A DNA stretch of 64,000 nt from an uncultured Rhizobiaceae bacterium (lineage in GTDB: Bacteria > Pseudomonadota > Alphaproteobacteria > UBA7879 > VGCX01), in contig CAYGKW010000001.1 in NCBI GenBank assembly GCA_964350815.1, forward strand, positions 92,120 to 156,119, written 5' to 3'. Shown piece by piece: positions 40,573 through 49,801 of this stretch (its first letter is position 1; every line of letters begins with the position of its first letter). The notes below the pieces were generated by a model that was given only the letters and a program-made list of their open reading frames with translations, did not search any database and was not told the origin of the DNA. Both the position numbers and the translations under genes were made by a program.

Positions 40573-41317
40573 AGCTTTCCATAAATTCAGCGTAATCTTC
40601 TTTGCCAAATTCAGGCGTTGAATCATTTGGATCTGCATCTCTTTTTTTGCGCATTTTTCTTATTTTATCGCGAATGCCATATTGAATATTTTTGGCCTCC
40701 TTCGGCCAAGTTATAAATTGGGCATATTTTCTGGCTTGATCAATAAACTGTTTTTCATGTCGGGGGCGTGCTTTTTCAAACGGGCGCTTCATGTCTTTTT
40801 GATACGGCAGGGCCACAGCATCATTAATTTCATCTTCCCCATCTGCATCTATAAGACCAATTTTTCTAAAATGGTTTCTAACTTCGATGGCCAAAGCTGC
40901 AGACAAACTAAATAATACATCCCTGTCATCATCTGATAGTTTTTCATATACTTTTCTGTAAGATTCGATATTTCCTTGCTTCATAAATCCATCAAACAAG
41001 GAAGAATAAAAAGGGGCCCGTTCGTCCAGTGTGTTTAAACTTTCCATAAAAATTATGGCACAATTTTTAGACTCAATAAATGGGCACTTTGACACCACTT
41101 CTGTTACATCTTTTAATGACAACATACATTGTTCAACCGAATAATTTGGACACCCTTTATTTTTAGGTTTCCCTTCAGTCATTGCATGACTTTTAAAGGC
41201 AAGAAGCCCTATAAAAATCACAAAATATTTTTTATGATATCGCCATGACAAGCCAAATAATAGTAACAAGATTGTAAATCCCAACCCGTATGCTGTGAAT
41301 AAATAGAAATTATGCAC
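40550..41317 (-). CDS. Hypothetical membrane-anchored protein (255 aa)
   Basis: N-terminal TM helix or signal anchor, then a Cys-containing region and a charged C-terminus. No known domain. Overlaps the ccmC end by 8 nt. Confidence 0.4.
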   Translation of the reverse strand: MHNFYLFTAYGLGFTILLLLFGLSWRYHKKYFVIFIGLLAFKSHAMTEGKPKNKGCPNYSVEQCMLSLKDVTEVVSKCPFIESKNCAIIFMESLNTLDERAPFYSSLFDGFMKQGNIESYRKVYEKLSDDDRDVLFSLSAALAIEVRNHFRKIGLIDADGEDEINDAVALPYQKDMKRPFEKARPRHEKQFIDQARKYAQFITWPKEAKNIQYGIRDKIRKMRKKRDADPNDSTPEFGKEDYAEFMESSNASVMR

Positions 41318-42035
41318 GTTTATTCCCCGTAATTAATTGAATCCATTTTTCGTGTTGTTTAATTCTAGCACGGCTTATTAAAAAGACGCAATTTAAACAA
41401 AAAATTGCCCATGCAACAGCACAAATCAATAGTGGGTATAACATTGATGAATGAATACTGGGCGCAGATAATTTCATTATGCTGGCTGGCTGGTGCAACG
41501 TATGCCACCAATCAACTGACCATTTAATAATTGGCAAATTAATACCCCCTATGATGGCAAAAATACTGGAGATGGTTGCCTGCTTTGGGTTGAAAAAATC
41601 CAAGCTTGATAAAACAAGATAAATTAAATATGTAATACATAAAAAGAAAACGGACGTTAATCGTGCATCCCATACCCACCAAGTTCCCCATGTGGGCTTA
41701 CCCCAAATCATACCCGTCAATAAACAAACAATGGTTGTTACAATACCCACCAATGCCATCGCATAGGCTGTGTGGTACGCAACCGTGTGTCGCCAAATTA
41801 AATATGAAAAACTGGAAACTACCAGTCCAGTATATAAGCCCATAGAAAGCCAAGCCATCGGAACATGAAGATATAAAATCTTAAAAACATTGCCTTGAAC
41901 ATAATCTGCTGACGTGAAACCAAAAACCCAAAAATACCCTATAAACAAAGCAAGAAACGAAGTCGGAATTCCTATTTTCAAATAGATTCCCGATAAGGAT
42001 AAAAATCGTTTTGGATTGGCAAATTTTGTAATCAT
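41310..42035 (-). CDS. ccmC: Cytochrome c-type biogenesis heme exporter CcmC
   Basis: WWD motif (WGTWWVWDARLTS). Six TM helices. Conserved ccmA–B–C order. Confidence 0.9.
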   Translation of the reverse strand: MITKFANPKRFLSLSGIYLKIGIPTSFLALFIGYFWVFGFTSADYVQGNVFKILYLHVPMAWLSMGLYTGLVVSSFSYLIWRHTVAYHTAYAMALVGIVTTIVCLLTGMIWGKPTWGTWWVWDARLTSVFFLCITYLIYLVLSSLDFFNPKQATISSIFAIIGGINLPIIKWSVDWWHTLHQPASIMKLSAPSIHSSMLYPLLICAVAWAIFCLNCVFLISRARIKQHEKWIQLITGNKRA

Positions 42036-42617
42036 TTAATCCCCCAACTTTAAACACAAAGTTCCAAACAAAACACTTAATGGTAAATATATCAAAAGCA
42101 TTCCTAAAAAAATATAAACCATAGTTAAATATTCAACCATATTCAAAAAATACATATTCATAATTAAAAAAATTGGCACCATAAATGGTAATAAAACCAA
42201 ATGCAGCAACCAAGATACAAATTTTGATATCTGCATGCTGGCCCCCATCACACCTAAGATCGTTATTAAAATGCCTGGTAGGACAAAATCAAAATGCAAT
42301 GTAAAAAGATAAATTAACAATATAAGTGGCAACAAAACAAAAAAGATGTTGGATATAATTTTAGAAAAAATATAAACACTTAAAGATTTTTTTTCTGTTA
42401 CAAGCATATCGGTTACCCCAAGTTTTTGGTCTAGATCAAACGTATCTTTAAAAGTTAAAACCAGAATAAAGAACAATAAAAAGAAAACCGTATTATTACC
42501 GAAATCACTTATATTCATCGTAAATAAAACTAAGAAGAAAAACAACCAGGACGGAAAATATTGACGCCATGCAGCCATGAAAATTTGGGTATCTCTTTTT
42601 AAAAAGACCTTAATCAT
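42036..42617 (-). CDS. ccmB: Heme exporter permease CcmB
   Basis: Six TM helices, about 190 aa. Lies between ccmA and ccmC with a 4-nt overlap onto ccmA. Confidence 0.7.
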   Translation of the reverse strand: MIKVFLKRDTQIFMAAWRQYFPSWLFFFLVLFTMNISDFGNNTVFFLLFFILVLTFKDTFDLDQKLGVTDMLVTEKKSLSVYIFSKIISNIFFVLLPLILLIYLFTLHFDFVLPGILITILGVMGASMQISKFVSWLLHLVLLPFMVPIFLIMNMYFLNMVEYLTMVYIFLGMLLIYLPLSVLFGTLCLKLGD

Positions 42618-43174
42618 TTACAATCCCCCAAATTTATTTCTGTCATTTTAAAAGGAAGTTTATCATGGGAAACTATGGCTATAGCCCCGCCTTTTTGAAG
42701 ATGGTCCTGCATCTTAGAATAAAAAAACTTTACCCATTTTTTATCAAGACTTAACGTTGGTTCATCCAACAACCAAACATTATTTTTTTTATTTATTAAT
42801 CTAGATAATGACAAACGCTGTTTTTGACCTTGTGATAAGTTCTTAATTTTCATTGCCATTAGTTTTTCAAGATCAAAAATTTGAACAGCGGGCTGAAAAT
42901 CTTGTTCATAATAATCTTGCCAAAATCCAATAGTTTGCTGAACAGTCAAGTCATCACTTTGCCAGGACGCACAAGAAATAAACTGACAATTTTCTTGCTT
43001 TATAACCTGACCTAAAGCTGGTGAATGCAATCCTGCCATACATTTTAATAAGGTTGTTTTGCCACTGCCATTTGGCCCTGTAATATGATGTATTTGGGAA
43101 GAAGAAATTGAAAAAGATAAATTTCGAAATAAAGTTTTTGTACTAAAAGCACAAGTTAAGGCACGCGCTTCCAT
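42614..43174 (-). CDS. ccmA: Cytochrome c biogenesis ABC ATPase CcmA
   Basis: Walker A GPNGSGKTT, ABC signature LSQGQKQRLSL, Walker B VWLLDEP. The start is taken at MEARAL... because the 50-aa upstream extension in the ORF track overlaps the preceding gene. Confidence 0.8.
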   Translation of the reverse strand: MEARALTCAFSTKTLFRNLSFSISSSQIHHITGPNGSGKTTLLKCMAGLHSPALGQVIKQENCQFISCASWQSDDLTVQQTIGFWQDYYEQDFQPAVQIFDLEKLMAMKIKNLSQGQKQRLSLSRLINKKNNVWLLDEPTLSLDKKWVKFFYSKMQDHLQKGGAIAIVSHDKLPFKMTEINLGDCK

Positions 43175-43296
43175 TAATTTAGAAGTCACAACAACGCCCT
43201 TTCTTTTCCCAATCTCCATAGCGTGTGGGTTCAAGTCCCTTTGGCCCCCCAACTTCTTTTGGGGTTTTAACCAAAGGTTTTTCTGATTTTTTGTCT

Positions 43297-43857
43297 TTAT
43301 TTTTGGCTGGCCCCTGGCTGCCATAAGACATCTGTTTTTCCTTTGTCATTCAAATAACGTCCTAATACAAATAATAAATCTGATAAACGATTTAGGTATT
43401 TTACTGCAAGTTGGCTAACGCCCCCATTTTCTTGTGCACCAACCGCTGACCGTTCAGCACGCCGACAAATGGCCCGCACCACATAAACGTGTGATGCAAC
43501 TTGGCTGCCACCCGGTAAAACAAAAGAGGTAAGATCCGAAAGTTCTGCATTATATAAATCAATTTTCTTTTCCAACCAATCAACTTGTGATTCAACAATT
43601 CTTAATGCATTTTCCTGATCTTCTGGCATACACAAATCCGCCCCTAAATCAAAAAGATCATTTTGAATCTGCGCAAGGGCTTGATCAATTTCTGCATCTT
43701 TACAGTGATGTCGAATAATACCAAGATATGAATTTGTTTCGTCAACATCCCCAATTGCTTGGATGATTTCAGATGATTTCATGACACGTTGGCCACTGCC
43801 AAGGGATGTTTTACCTTTGTCACCACCTTTGGTATAAATGCGTGTTAACTGAACCAT
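43297..43857 (-). CDS. ATP:cob(I)alamin adenosyltransferase, PduO/MMAB type
   Basis: MVQLTRIYTKGGDKGKTSL N-terminus and the helical-bundle family signature. 187 aa from the internal Met. Confidence 0.8.
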   Translation of the reverse strand: MVQLTRIYTKGGDKGKTSLGSGQRVMKSSEIIQAIGDVDETNSYLGIIRHHCKDAEIDQALAQIQNDLFDLGADLCMPEDQENALRIVESQVDWLEKKIDLYNAELSDLTSFVLPGGSQVASHVYVVRAICRRAERSAVGAQENGGVSQLAVKYLNRLSDLLFVLGRYLNDKGKTDVLWQPGASQK

Positions 43858-44045
43858 TATCTTCCTTTCATATAAAGAATAATTGCAAAAATAATTAAGG
43901 CTAGGCCCTGCAGCCAAATGCGCCAAACCATGTATTTATTACTTAAATTTTTATTTTTTTGGCCGGATTTTAACATATTCAAAAGGCCCATTAGAAGAAC
44001 AACAGCTGTTGCAAGCATCGCAATAATTAGAAAAAATATCAGCAT
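43857..44045 (-). CDS. Small twin-transmembrane-helix protein (HIG1-like)
   Basis: About 62 aa with two TM helices separated by NMLKSGQKNKNLSNKYMVWRIWLQG. Its stop overlaps the next ATG as TAATG, implying translational coupling with the adenosyltransferase. Confidence 0.45.
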   Translation of the reverse strand: MLIFFLIIAMLATAVVLLMGLLNMLKSGQKNKNLSNKYMVWRIWLQGLALIIFAIILYMKGR

Positions 44046-44109
44046 TCTTGTCCCCTTTAGAATTATAGTATGGGGGTTTCCCAGATGTGTCAAAAAGAAT
44101 CTAAGAAGT

Positions 44110-44183
44110 TGGAGCGGGTGATGGGAATCGAACCCACACTACCAGCTTGGAAGGCTGGGGCTCTACCGTTGAGCTACACCCGC
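44110..44183 (-). tRNA. tRNA-Gly (UCC)
   Basis: GCGGGTGTAGCTCAACGGTAGAGCCCCAGCCTTCCAAGCTGGTAGTGTGGGTTCGATTCCCATCACCCGCTCCA. Anticodon loop CUUCCAA. Acceptor GCGGGTG/CACCCGC. CCA encoded. Confidence 0.9.
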
Positions 44184-44267
44184 GAACTGCCCCCATTATA
44201 CATAATAAGATGCTAGGGGCAATAAAAAACCCGCAAAGAAAATTTAAGCAGGTCTTTTATATTTAAG

Positions 44268-44768
44268 TTATTTTTTAGCCGGGGCTTTTTTAGCCGCGGG
44301 CTTTTTTACAGCAGATTTCTTTTCTGGTGATTTCTTTGCCGTAGAAACTTTCTTGGCAGGGGCTGCTTTTTTCGCCGCTGGCTTTTTTGCAACAGATTTT
44401 TTAACTGTTGTTTTTTTTGCTTCTGGCTTTTTTGTGCCAAAATCAACAGAACCTGTTAAAGATGTTTTCTTAAGTTCAGCAAGTTTTTGACTTTCCCATT
44501 CTGGCCTTAGGAAGGGCAACCGATCGCGAATGGAATAAAGCAATCGATAATATGCCCCATCAATTACTTCTAACTTTGATGCCTTAAAAAATAGGGAAGC
44601 ACCCCAAATTACGATGATCCAAATCGGCCAAAAATAACCAGCCCCTGACATCATCCATATTAAAAATGTTCCACCTACAACGGCTAGGTAAGAATAAAAA
44701 CCCATAAAAAAGTTTTTTAATAAGCGAACGTGCTCTTTTATTTCTTGTTCATTTTTGAAAGTTTTCAT
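44268..44768 (-). CDS. Two-TM-helix protein with a Lys/Ala-rich histone-H1-like C-terminal tail
   Basis: Two adjacent TM helices (2TM-type), then KKPEAKKTTVKKSVAKKPAAKKAAPAKKVSTAKKSPEKKSAVKKPAAKKAPAKK. The start is taken at MKTFKNEQ so that it does not overlap rluC. Confidence 0.5.
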   Translation of the reverse strand: MKTFKNEQEIKEHVRLLKNFFMGFYSYLAVVGGTFLIWMMSGAGYFWPIWIIVIWGASLFFKASKLEVIDGAYYRLLYSIRDRLPFLRPEWESQKLAELKKTSLTGSVDFGTKKPEAKKTTVKKSVAKKPAAKKAAPAKKVSTAKKSPEKKSAVKKPAAKKAPAKK

Positions 44769-44787
44769 TAAAGCCCTCCAGCGCCTT

Positions 44788-45765
44788 TTATTTTTGTTCC
44801 TGTAAGAATGATATTGTATCATCTATTTCATTGGATGATACATCAAAGCCAAGCATTTTTAAAGTTGTTTTGTAATGGTCGGGAAGTGCTGTTTTATATG
44901 AATTTGATTTATTTTCCGTGTTTCCAAGTATTAATTTATAAGAATGTAGGTGCAATTTATTTGGAAGTCCATCCATAACAGGCTGTTCTTCTTCATTGTA
45001 TTTTTTATCCCCAATAATTGGGCACCCCATAAGCGACATGTGGGCACGAAGCTGATGGTTGCGCCCTGTGATTGGCATCAAGGCTACAAATGCAGCAGAT
45101 TCCCCGATTTTATCAATCACTTTATAAAAAGTTAAAGCCTTGTCACCTTCTTCATCTCCAATGACTTTTTCAAACCCATCAAACCATTTTTTTGATAAAG
45201 GCACATCTATTTTTCCTTCAGGTAGTTCTGGCACCCCCTGTGTTACAGCCAAGTATATCTTTGTTACTTCCCGAGATTTAAATTGCTGCCCAAGCTTTTG
45301 GGCGGCTGTTTTGTTTTTAGCAATAACCATTGTTCCCGATGTTTCTTTATCAAGGCGATGTACCAGATGATAAGAATTTCCATCTTCATTTCCAAGGGCT
45401 TGAATTAGACCATCTAAATGCTTTGTAAGTTTTGATCCCCCTTGGGAGGCCAATCCAGAAGGTTTATTAATAATAATAAAATTTGGTTTTTCAACAACAA
45501 TAGATTTCTTAAATTCTTCAAGTTCTTGGCTTGTTGCGGTGTATATCTTTTTGGGCTGTGATTCGGTTGGTTGAATATTACCTTCAATAACAACTTTGTC
45601 GTTGTCTTGAACTCGTGTTTTTCCTTCTGCTGGATTTCCATTTACCAAAATCTTTTTTTTACGAAGAAGTTTTGAAACTAAGCTATGCGGCACCCCTGGG
45701 AATTCAGATTTAATCCATTTATCTAGGCGCATTGGCTGCGGTGCATTTGTAATATTTTTTTCCAT
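44788..45765 (-). CDS. rluC: RluA-family 23S rRNA pseudouridine synthase (RluC-like)
   Basis: N-terminal S4 domain (RLDKWIKSEFPGVPHSLVSKLLRKKKILVNG). Catalytic HRLDKETSGTMVIAKN. Confidence 0.8.
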   Translation of the reverse strand: MEKNITNAPQPMRLDKWIKSEFPGVPHSLVSKLLRKKKILVNGNPAEGKTRVQDNDKVVIEGNIQPTESQPKKIYTATSQELEEFKKSIVVEKPNFIIINKPSGLASQGGSKLTKHLDGLIQALGNEDGNSYHLVHRLDKETSGTMVIAKNKTAAQKLGQQFKSREVTKIYLAVTQGVPELPEGKIDVPLSKKWFDGFEKVIGDEEGDKALTFYKVIDKIGESAAFVALMPITGRNHQLRAHMSLMGCPIIGDKKYNEEEQPVMDGLPNKLHLHSYKLILGNTENKSNSYKTALPDHYKTTLKMLGFDVSSNEIDDTISFLQEQK

Positions 45766-45825
45766 ATTCTTTATATAACAAAAAAGTCAGGATTTGACAC
45801 CTGACTTTTAAGTAAAGGTATTAAA

Positions 45826-46101
45826 TTAATCCATTGCTTCCATATCAACTGGAACAGCTTCCCCATCCCACAGTCTTACGACTTGTTCTAGACGATCATG
45901 CTTTTCATCAACCATTCGGGCTGCTAAAGACATTAGATAGTCTGCTTGTCCAGCTGACGTATCATCCATGGATACATGGGCTTCATCAAGTTCTGCCTGG
46001 ATACGGGTATAATTCTCCCCATAAATTCCACGTGCTCTGTCATGGGCAAATTTTTGACCTGATGCCATGATTAATTTAATCATCTTCAATACCAGAAACA
46101 A
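45826..46101 (-). CDS. Hypothetical 91-aa ORF in a relatively GC-rich segment; possibly a gene fragment
   Basis: ORF only, with no recognisable domain. A second stop-free frame without a start codon lies immediately upstream at about 46107..46335. Confidence 0.25.
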   Translation of the reverse strand: MFLVLKMIKLIMASGQKFAHDRARGIYGENYTRIQAELDEAHVSMDDTSAGQADYLMSLAARMVDEKHDRLEQVVRLWDGEAVPVDMEAMD

Positions 46102-46484
46102 AGTCTGCAGCTTCTTCCTCTATAACAACTGATCTAAGCGAGAGCGTTACTGCATGTTCCGAAGCAGCAGCATCTTCTTTAGAATCCCTGGAATCAATTT
46201 TTAATAAATGTCTTTTTCCTGCTAATCTTAACAGTGGGGGGTTTATCGTGAGTACCCCTGGCTGATAATTCTTCTGTTACATCTGTCTATGCTGCAAAAG
46301 AGTTTTGGCTGGAAAGCAGAACGCTTAATGCCGCAACGGATATGCCCTTCATTAAGGGCTCACTACAATTACATTGTCTTATATTTTTTTGCAAATAGAA
46401 AACCATAAAAAAAGTATAGAATTAGACAAATTTTTAATTCCTTGTTTTTTCTGTGGAATTTTTAGAACAAAAAAAGTACTAAAT

Positions 46485-47387
46485 TTAACTGGTTCTGGAA
46501 ATTAAATATGAAACGAAAGTTTCAAGATTGGTGATGGGTTTTTGAAGGTTGTGTAAAAAGGTGTGCAAATCCTTTAAAATCTTTTCTTTATAGTCTTTTG
46601 CCTGTTTTAGTCCTAAAATGGCAACAAATGTATTTTTATTATTTTCACTATCTTGGTTTATAGGTTTTCCAAGGTGGGACACCGTGCCTTCTACATCCAA
46701 AAGATCATCGACTAATTGATATAAAATCCCCAATTTCATACCAAAATTGTATAATTTTTTGCGTTCATCACCTGATGCCTGACCCAGAACTGCTGCTGCT
46801 TCACAGGAAAAAGCCAAGAGGCTGCCCGTTTTAAGCTCACTTAACTTAACGGTATAATCAATATTGGGATTGATATTTTCCTCTGCCAAAATATCCATTG
46901 TTTGGCCCAACATAATGCCGCGTACCCCGGACGCATGACTTAAGATTTTTATTAATTCCAACCTGATATTTGGATCAGAATGTGTTTTTTCATTTTGAAG
47001 AATTTCGTAAGGTAAAATTAAAAGTGAATCACCTGCAAGCAAAGCAATATCTTCGCGAAATTGTTTATGGCAACTTGGTTGCCCACGACGTAAATCTGCA
47101 TTATCCATACAAGGTAAATCATCATGAATAAGCGAGGCACAGTGAATAAATTCAACAGCCGCCGCTACCTGCATTGCCTTATCAAAAGGCACGTCATAAA
47201 GTTGTGCCACACACCACAAAAGATAAGGACGCAGTCGTTTCCCACCCGTTAAAGAAGAATAGGCCATTGCGTCAAACAAGGGTTGCGTCTTAACCTTATG
47301 AAACGGCAAATAAGCAGCCATGACTTTGTCAACTGCCTTGGCAACTTGCGTAATATTATCTTTTAATTCTGTAAAATCTTGGGACAC
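46485..47387 (-). CDS. ispA: Farnesyl-diphosphate synthase (polyprenyl synthetase)
   Basis: FARM motif LIHDDLPCMDNADLRRG and SARM motif GILYQLVDDLLD. Conserved xseB–ispA order. Confidence 0.85.
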   Translation of the reverse strand: MSQDFTELKDNITQVAKAVDKVMAAYLPFHKVKTQPLFDAMAYSSLTGGKRLRPYLLWCVAQLYDVPFDKAMQVAAAVEFIHCASLIHDDLPCMDNADLRRGQPSCHKQFREDIALLAGDSLLILPYEILQNEKTHSDPNIRLELIKILSHASGVRGIMLGQTMDILAEENINPNIDYTVKLSELKTGSLLAFSCEAAAVLGQASGDERKKLYNFGMKLGILYQLVDDLLDVEGTVSHLGKPINQDSENNKNTFVAILGLKQAKDYKEKILKDLHTFLHNLQKPITNLETFVSYLISRTS

Positions 47388-47398
47388 ACGATTATCAA

Positions 47399-47641
47399 TT
47401 AATCATCAAAGTTGGTATCTGTTGTTGAAACAGATCCATCTTGGTTCATCATTACTTTTTCAATTTTCATACTGGCTTGTTTCAACTTGCTATCGCAGTG
47501 TTTCTTCAGATCAATCCCACGCTCGTATGATTTAATGGATTTATCTAAACCAGCTTCACCTGTTTCAAGCTGATGAACAATTGATTCAAGTTCTTGCATG
47601 GCTTCTTCAAATGACATGTCTTTAATTGGTTTATCCGTCAT
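47399..47641 (-). CDS. xseB: Exodeoxyribonuclease VII small subunit
   Basis: 80 aa. SFEEAMQELESIVHQLETGEAGLDKSIKSYERGIDLKKHC matches XseB. Confidence 0.85.
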   Translation of the reverse strand: MTDKPIKDMSFEEAMQELESIVHQLETGEAGLDKSIKSYERGIDLKKHCDSKLKQASMKIEKVMMNQDGSVSTTDTNFDD

Positions 47642-48091
47642 TTATTTTCCTTTCTTACTTGGTAAAACCCAATAAAACCCTTGGCGATATTCTTGAATAA
47701 GCACCCGTGACCCTTGGGGTAAATCTGGCCCCTTAACATACCAGCGCGTTCCATTAATTAACACAGATCCAACACCGTCTTCAATGGCTTCATTTAATTC
47801 CATTTTAAGGCCTACATATTTTTGGGCTGTTCGATCTTGTTGAAGATCCTTTTTGTGTTTTTTCTTCGACATTTTGTGCCAAATAAGTAGGGAAAAAACG
47901 GTTAAAAATAAAAATAATCCAACTTGCCCAGAAACGGCCAACGGAATTAAAAAGACAATTAAACCTGTTACAAAGGCCGCAAATCCAACACTCATAATCA
48001 TAAAAAATCCACTGATCATTAAAGCTGAAATAACCAATAATACTGCTGATAAAACCCACCATTGCCAAAATGTGATAAACAAATATTCCAT
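47642..48091 (-). CDS. NfeD-family membrane protein
   Basis: Three N-terminal TM helices. C-terminal OB-fold-like segment (VGSVLINGTRWYVKGPDLPQGSRVLI). Confidence 0.65.
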   Translation of the reverse strand: MEYLFITFWQWWVLSAVLLVISALMISGFFMIMSVGFAAFVTGLIVFLIPLAVSGQVGLFLFLTVFSLLIWHKMSKKKHKKDLQQDRTAQKYVGLKMELNEAIEDGVGSVLINGTRWYVKGPDLPQGSRVLIQEYRQGFYWVLPSKKGK

Positions 48092-49275
48092 TATATTACC
48101 TCTATGGCCATGGCCGTTGCTTCACCACCCCCAATACAAATACTGGCAACACCCTTTTTCAATTTTTTGTTTTCCAGCGCATTAATTAAGGTTACCAAAA
48201 TCCGCGCACCAGAAGCCCCAATCGGATGCCCCAATGCACAAGCGCCACCATGCACATTTACTTTGTCATGGGGAATATCTAAGTCTTGCATCACAGCCAT
48301 TGGCACAACGGCAAAAGCTTCATTAATTTCAAACAAGTCCACGTCTTTTTTTGACCATTTTGCTTTATCCAAAACAGATTTAATTGCCTTTGTTGGGGCA
48401 ATGGTAAACCATTCCGGTTCACGGGCTGCTGTTGCTTGGGCCACAATTTTTGCGCGTGGGGTTAGCTTATATTTCTTGGCCATAGATTCCCGCATTAAAA
48501 GAAGAACCGATGCACCATCCGACAGACCACTGGCATTCGCAGCTGTGATCGTTCCATCCTCTTTAAAGGCTGGTTTTAAGTCAGGAATCTTTTCAATTTT
48601 CGCCCGTTCGACAGGTTCATCTTTGCTGATTTCTTTGACTTCATCCCCCTCTTTTACAGAAATTGGCACAACCTCACGGATATACCCATTGCCTTTCATA
48701 TATTCCTGGGCACGCTTTACTGATTCAATTGTGAAGGCATCTTGATCTTCACGGCTTAACTTATATTTCTCAGCTGTTACTTCGGCAAATTCACCCATAG
48801 GAGTCCCTTTTTTATAAGCATCATAAAGCCCATCCCAGAACAGGTGATCTTTGGGATCAGAAAAATCTGGTTTTTCTTTTTTACCCGGACGCTTTGTTAA
48901 TAGGGGTGCGTTGGACATACTTTCCATACCACCAGCCAAAACAACTTCGGATTCACCTGCCAAAATTTGTGTAGTGGCCATCATCACCGCGCGCATCCCG
49001 GACCCGCAAACCTTGTTAATTGTTGTGGCTGCTGTTTCATTAGAAAGACCTGCCTTAAGTGCCACTTGACGTGCCGGAGCCTGCCCAACACCAGCCGGTA
49101 AAACACATCCCATAATAACTTCATCAATATCATTGGCGCTTAAGTTCGTCATAAAAACTGCCCCACGCACAGCAACTGCGCCCAGGTCCGTTGCAGATAA
49201 ACGCTTCAAGGAAGAAAGATAGGAACCCATCGGGGTTCTTAAGGCTTCGACAATAACGACTGGATCTTTGGACAT
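48091..49275 (-). CDS. Acetyl-CoA C-acetyltransferase (thiolase II)
   Basis: Thiolase signatures VNKVCGSGMRAV, NVHGGACALGHPIGASGARI and CIGGGEATAMAIE. Confidence 0.9.
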   Translation of the reverse strand: MSKDPVVIVEALRTPMGSYLSSLKRLSATDLGAVAVRGAVFMTNLSANDIDEVIMGCVLPAGVGQAPARQVALKAGLSNETAATTINKVCGSGMRAVMMATTQILAGESEVVLAGGMESMSNAPLLTKRPGKKEKPDFSDPKDHLFWDGLYDAYKKGTPMGEFAEVTAEKYKLSREDQDAFTIESVKRAQEYMKGNGYIREVVPISVKEGDEVKEISKDEPVERAKIEKIPDLKPAFKEDGTITAANASGLSDGASVLLLMRESMAKKYKLTPRAKIVAQATAAREPEWFTIAPTKAIKSVLDKAKWSKKDVDLFEINEAFAVVPMAVMQDLDIPHDKVNVHGGACALGHPIGASGARILVTLINALENKKLKKGVASICIGGGEATAMAIEVI

Positions 49276-49404
49276 ATAGATACTCCTGAATTTCTTAGTA
49301 ATACTAACTTTTTCCCTTAAGAATTACAACTATTGTTGATAACTTGCTATTTATGGTTTATTTGATATAATTTGATTATAATTCGATAAATAGGGAGAAT
49401 AACA

Positions 49405-49785
49405 ATGCATAGTAAAAAAAATTTAATACTCCTAACCACCTTAATTTTAAGCTTAAACTCTTTATACAGCTTTGGTTCATCGAGTGGACATGCAAACGAT
49501 TCAACACCCCAAGGAGCCCTTGATAAGTTCTTACGGGATGGGGGAGATAGGCATTTAGACCCTCAAATCATAGAAGAAAAAGCTTTAGAATGGGTTGATA
49601 ATAATAGACATCTAACAAATAGCATAGACTTTAATAGAGATGAATTCATGAGATTAGTTAATAACCATATTATAGAAAATGCTATTGGCATTTGGGAGTA
49701 TGAAGAAGGTGCAAGTTGGAGAGATCTTAATGACCACCCTATTGACCAAGCCCCTGTTGATATTGACAATCGTGATGCTGGTTAA
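49405..49785 (+). CDS. Hypothetical small secreted protein (126 aa)
   Basis: Signal peptide MHSKKNLILLTTLILSLNSLYSFG. Acidic mature region. No known domain. Confidence 0.4.
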   Translation: MHSKKNLILLTTLILSLNSLYSFGSSSGHANDSTPQGALDKFLRDGGDRHLDPQIIEEKALEWVDNNRHLTNSIDFNRDEFMRLVNNHIIENAIGIWEYEEGASWRDLNDHPIDQAPVDIDNRDAG

Positions 49786-49801
49786 ATACTACCGTAAGAA
49801 A

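Noticed and set aside
43175-43324. 50-aa N-terminal extension of the ccmA ORF overlapping the adenosyltransferase gene
   Set aside because: The CcmA homology (ABC N-terminus ...LTCAFSTKTLFRNLSF...GPNGSGKT) starts at the internal Met (43174). The extension is basic and low-complexity and would overlap the upstream CDS by about 28 nt.
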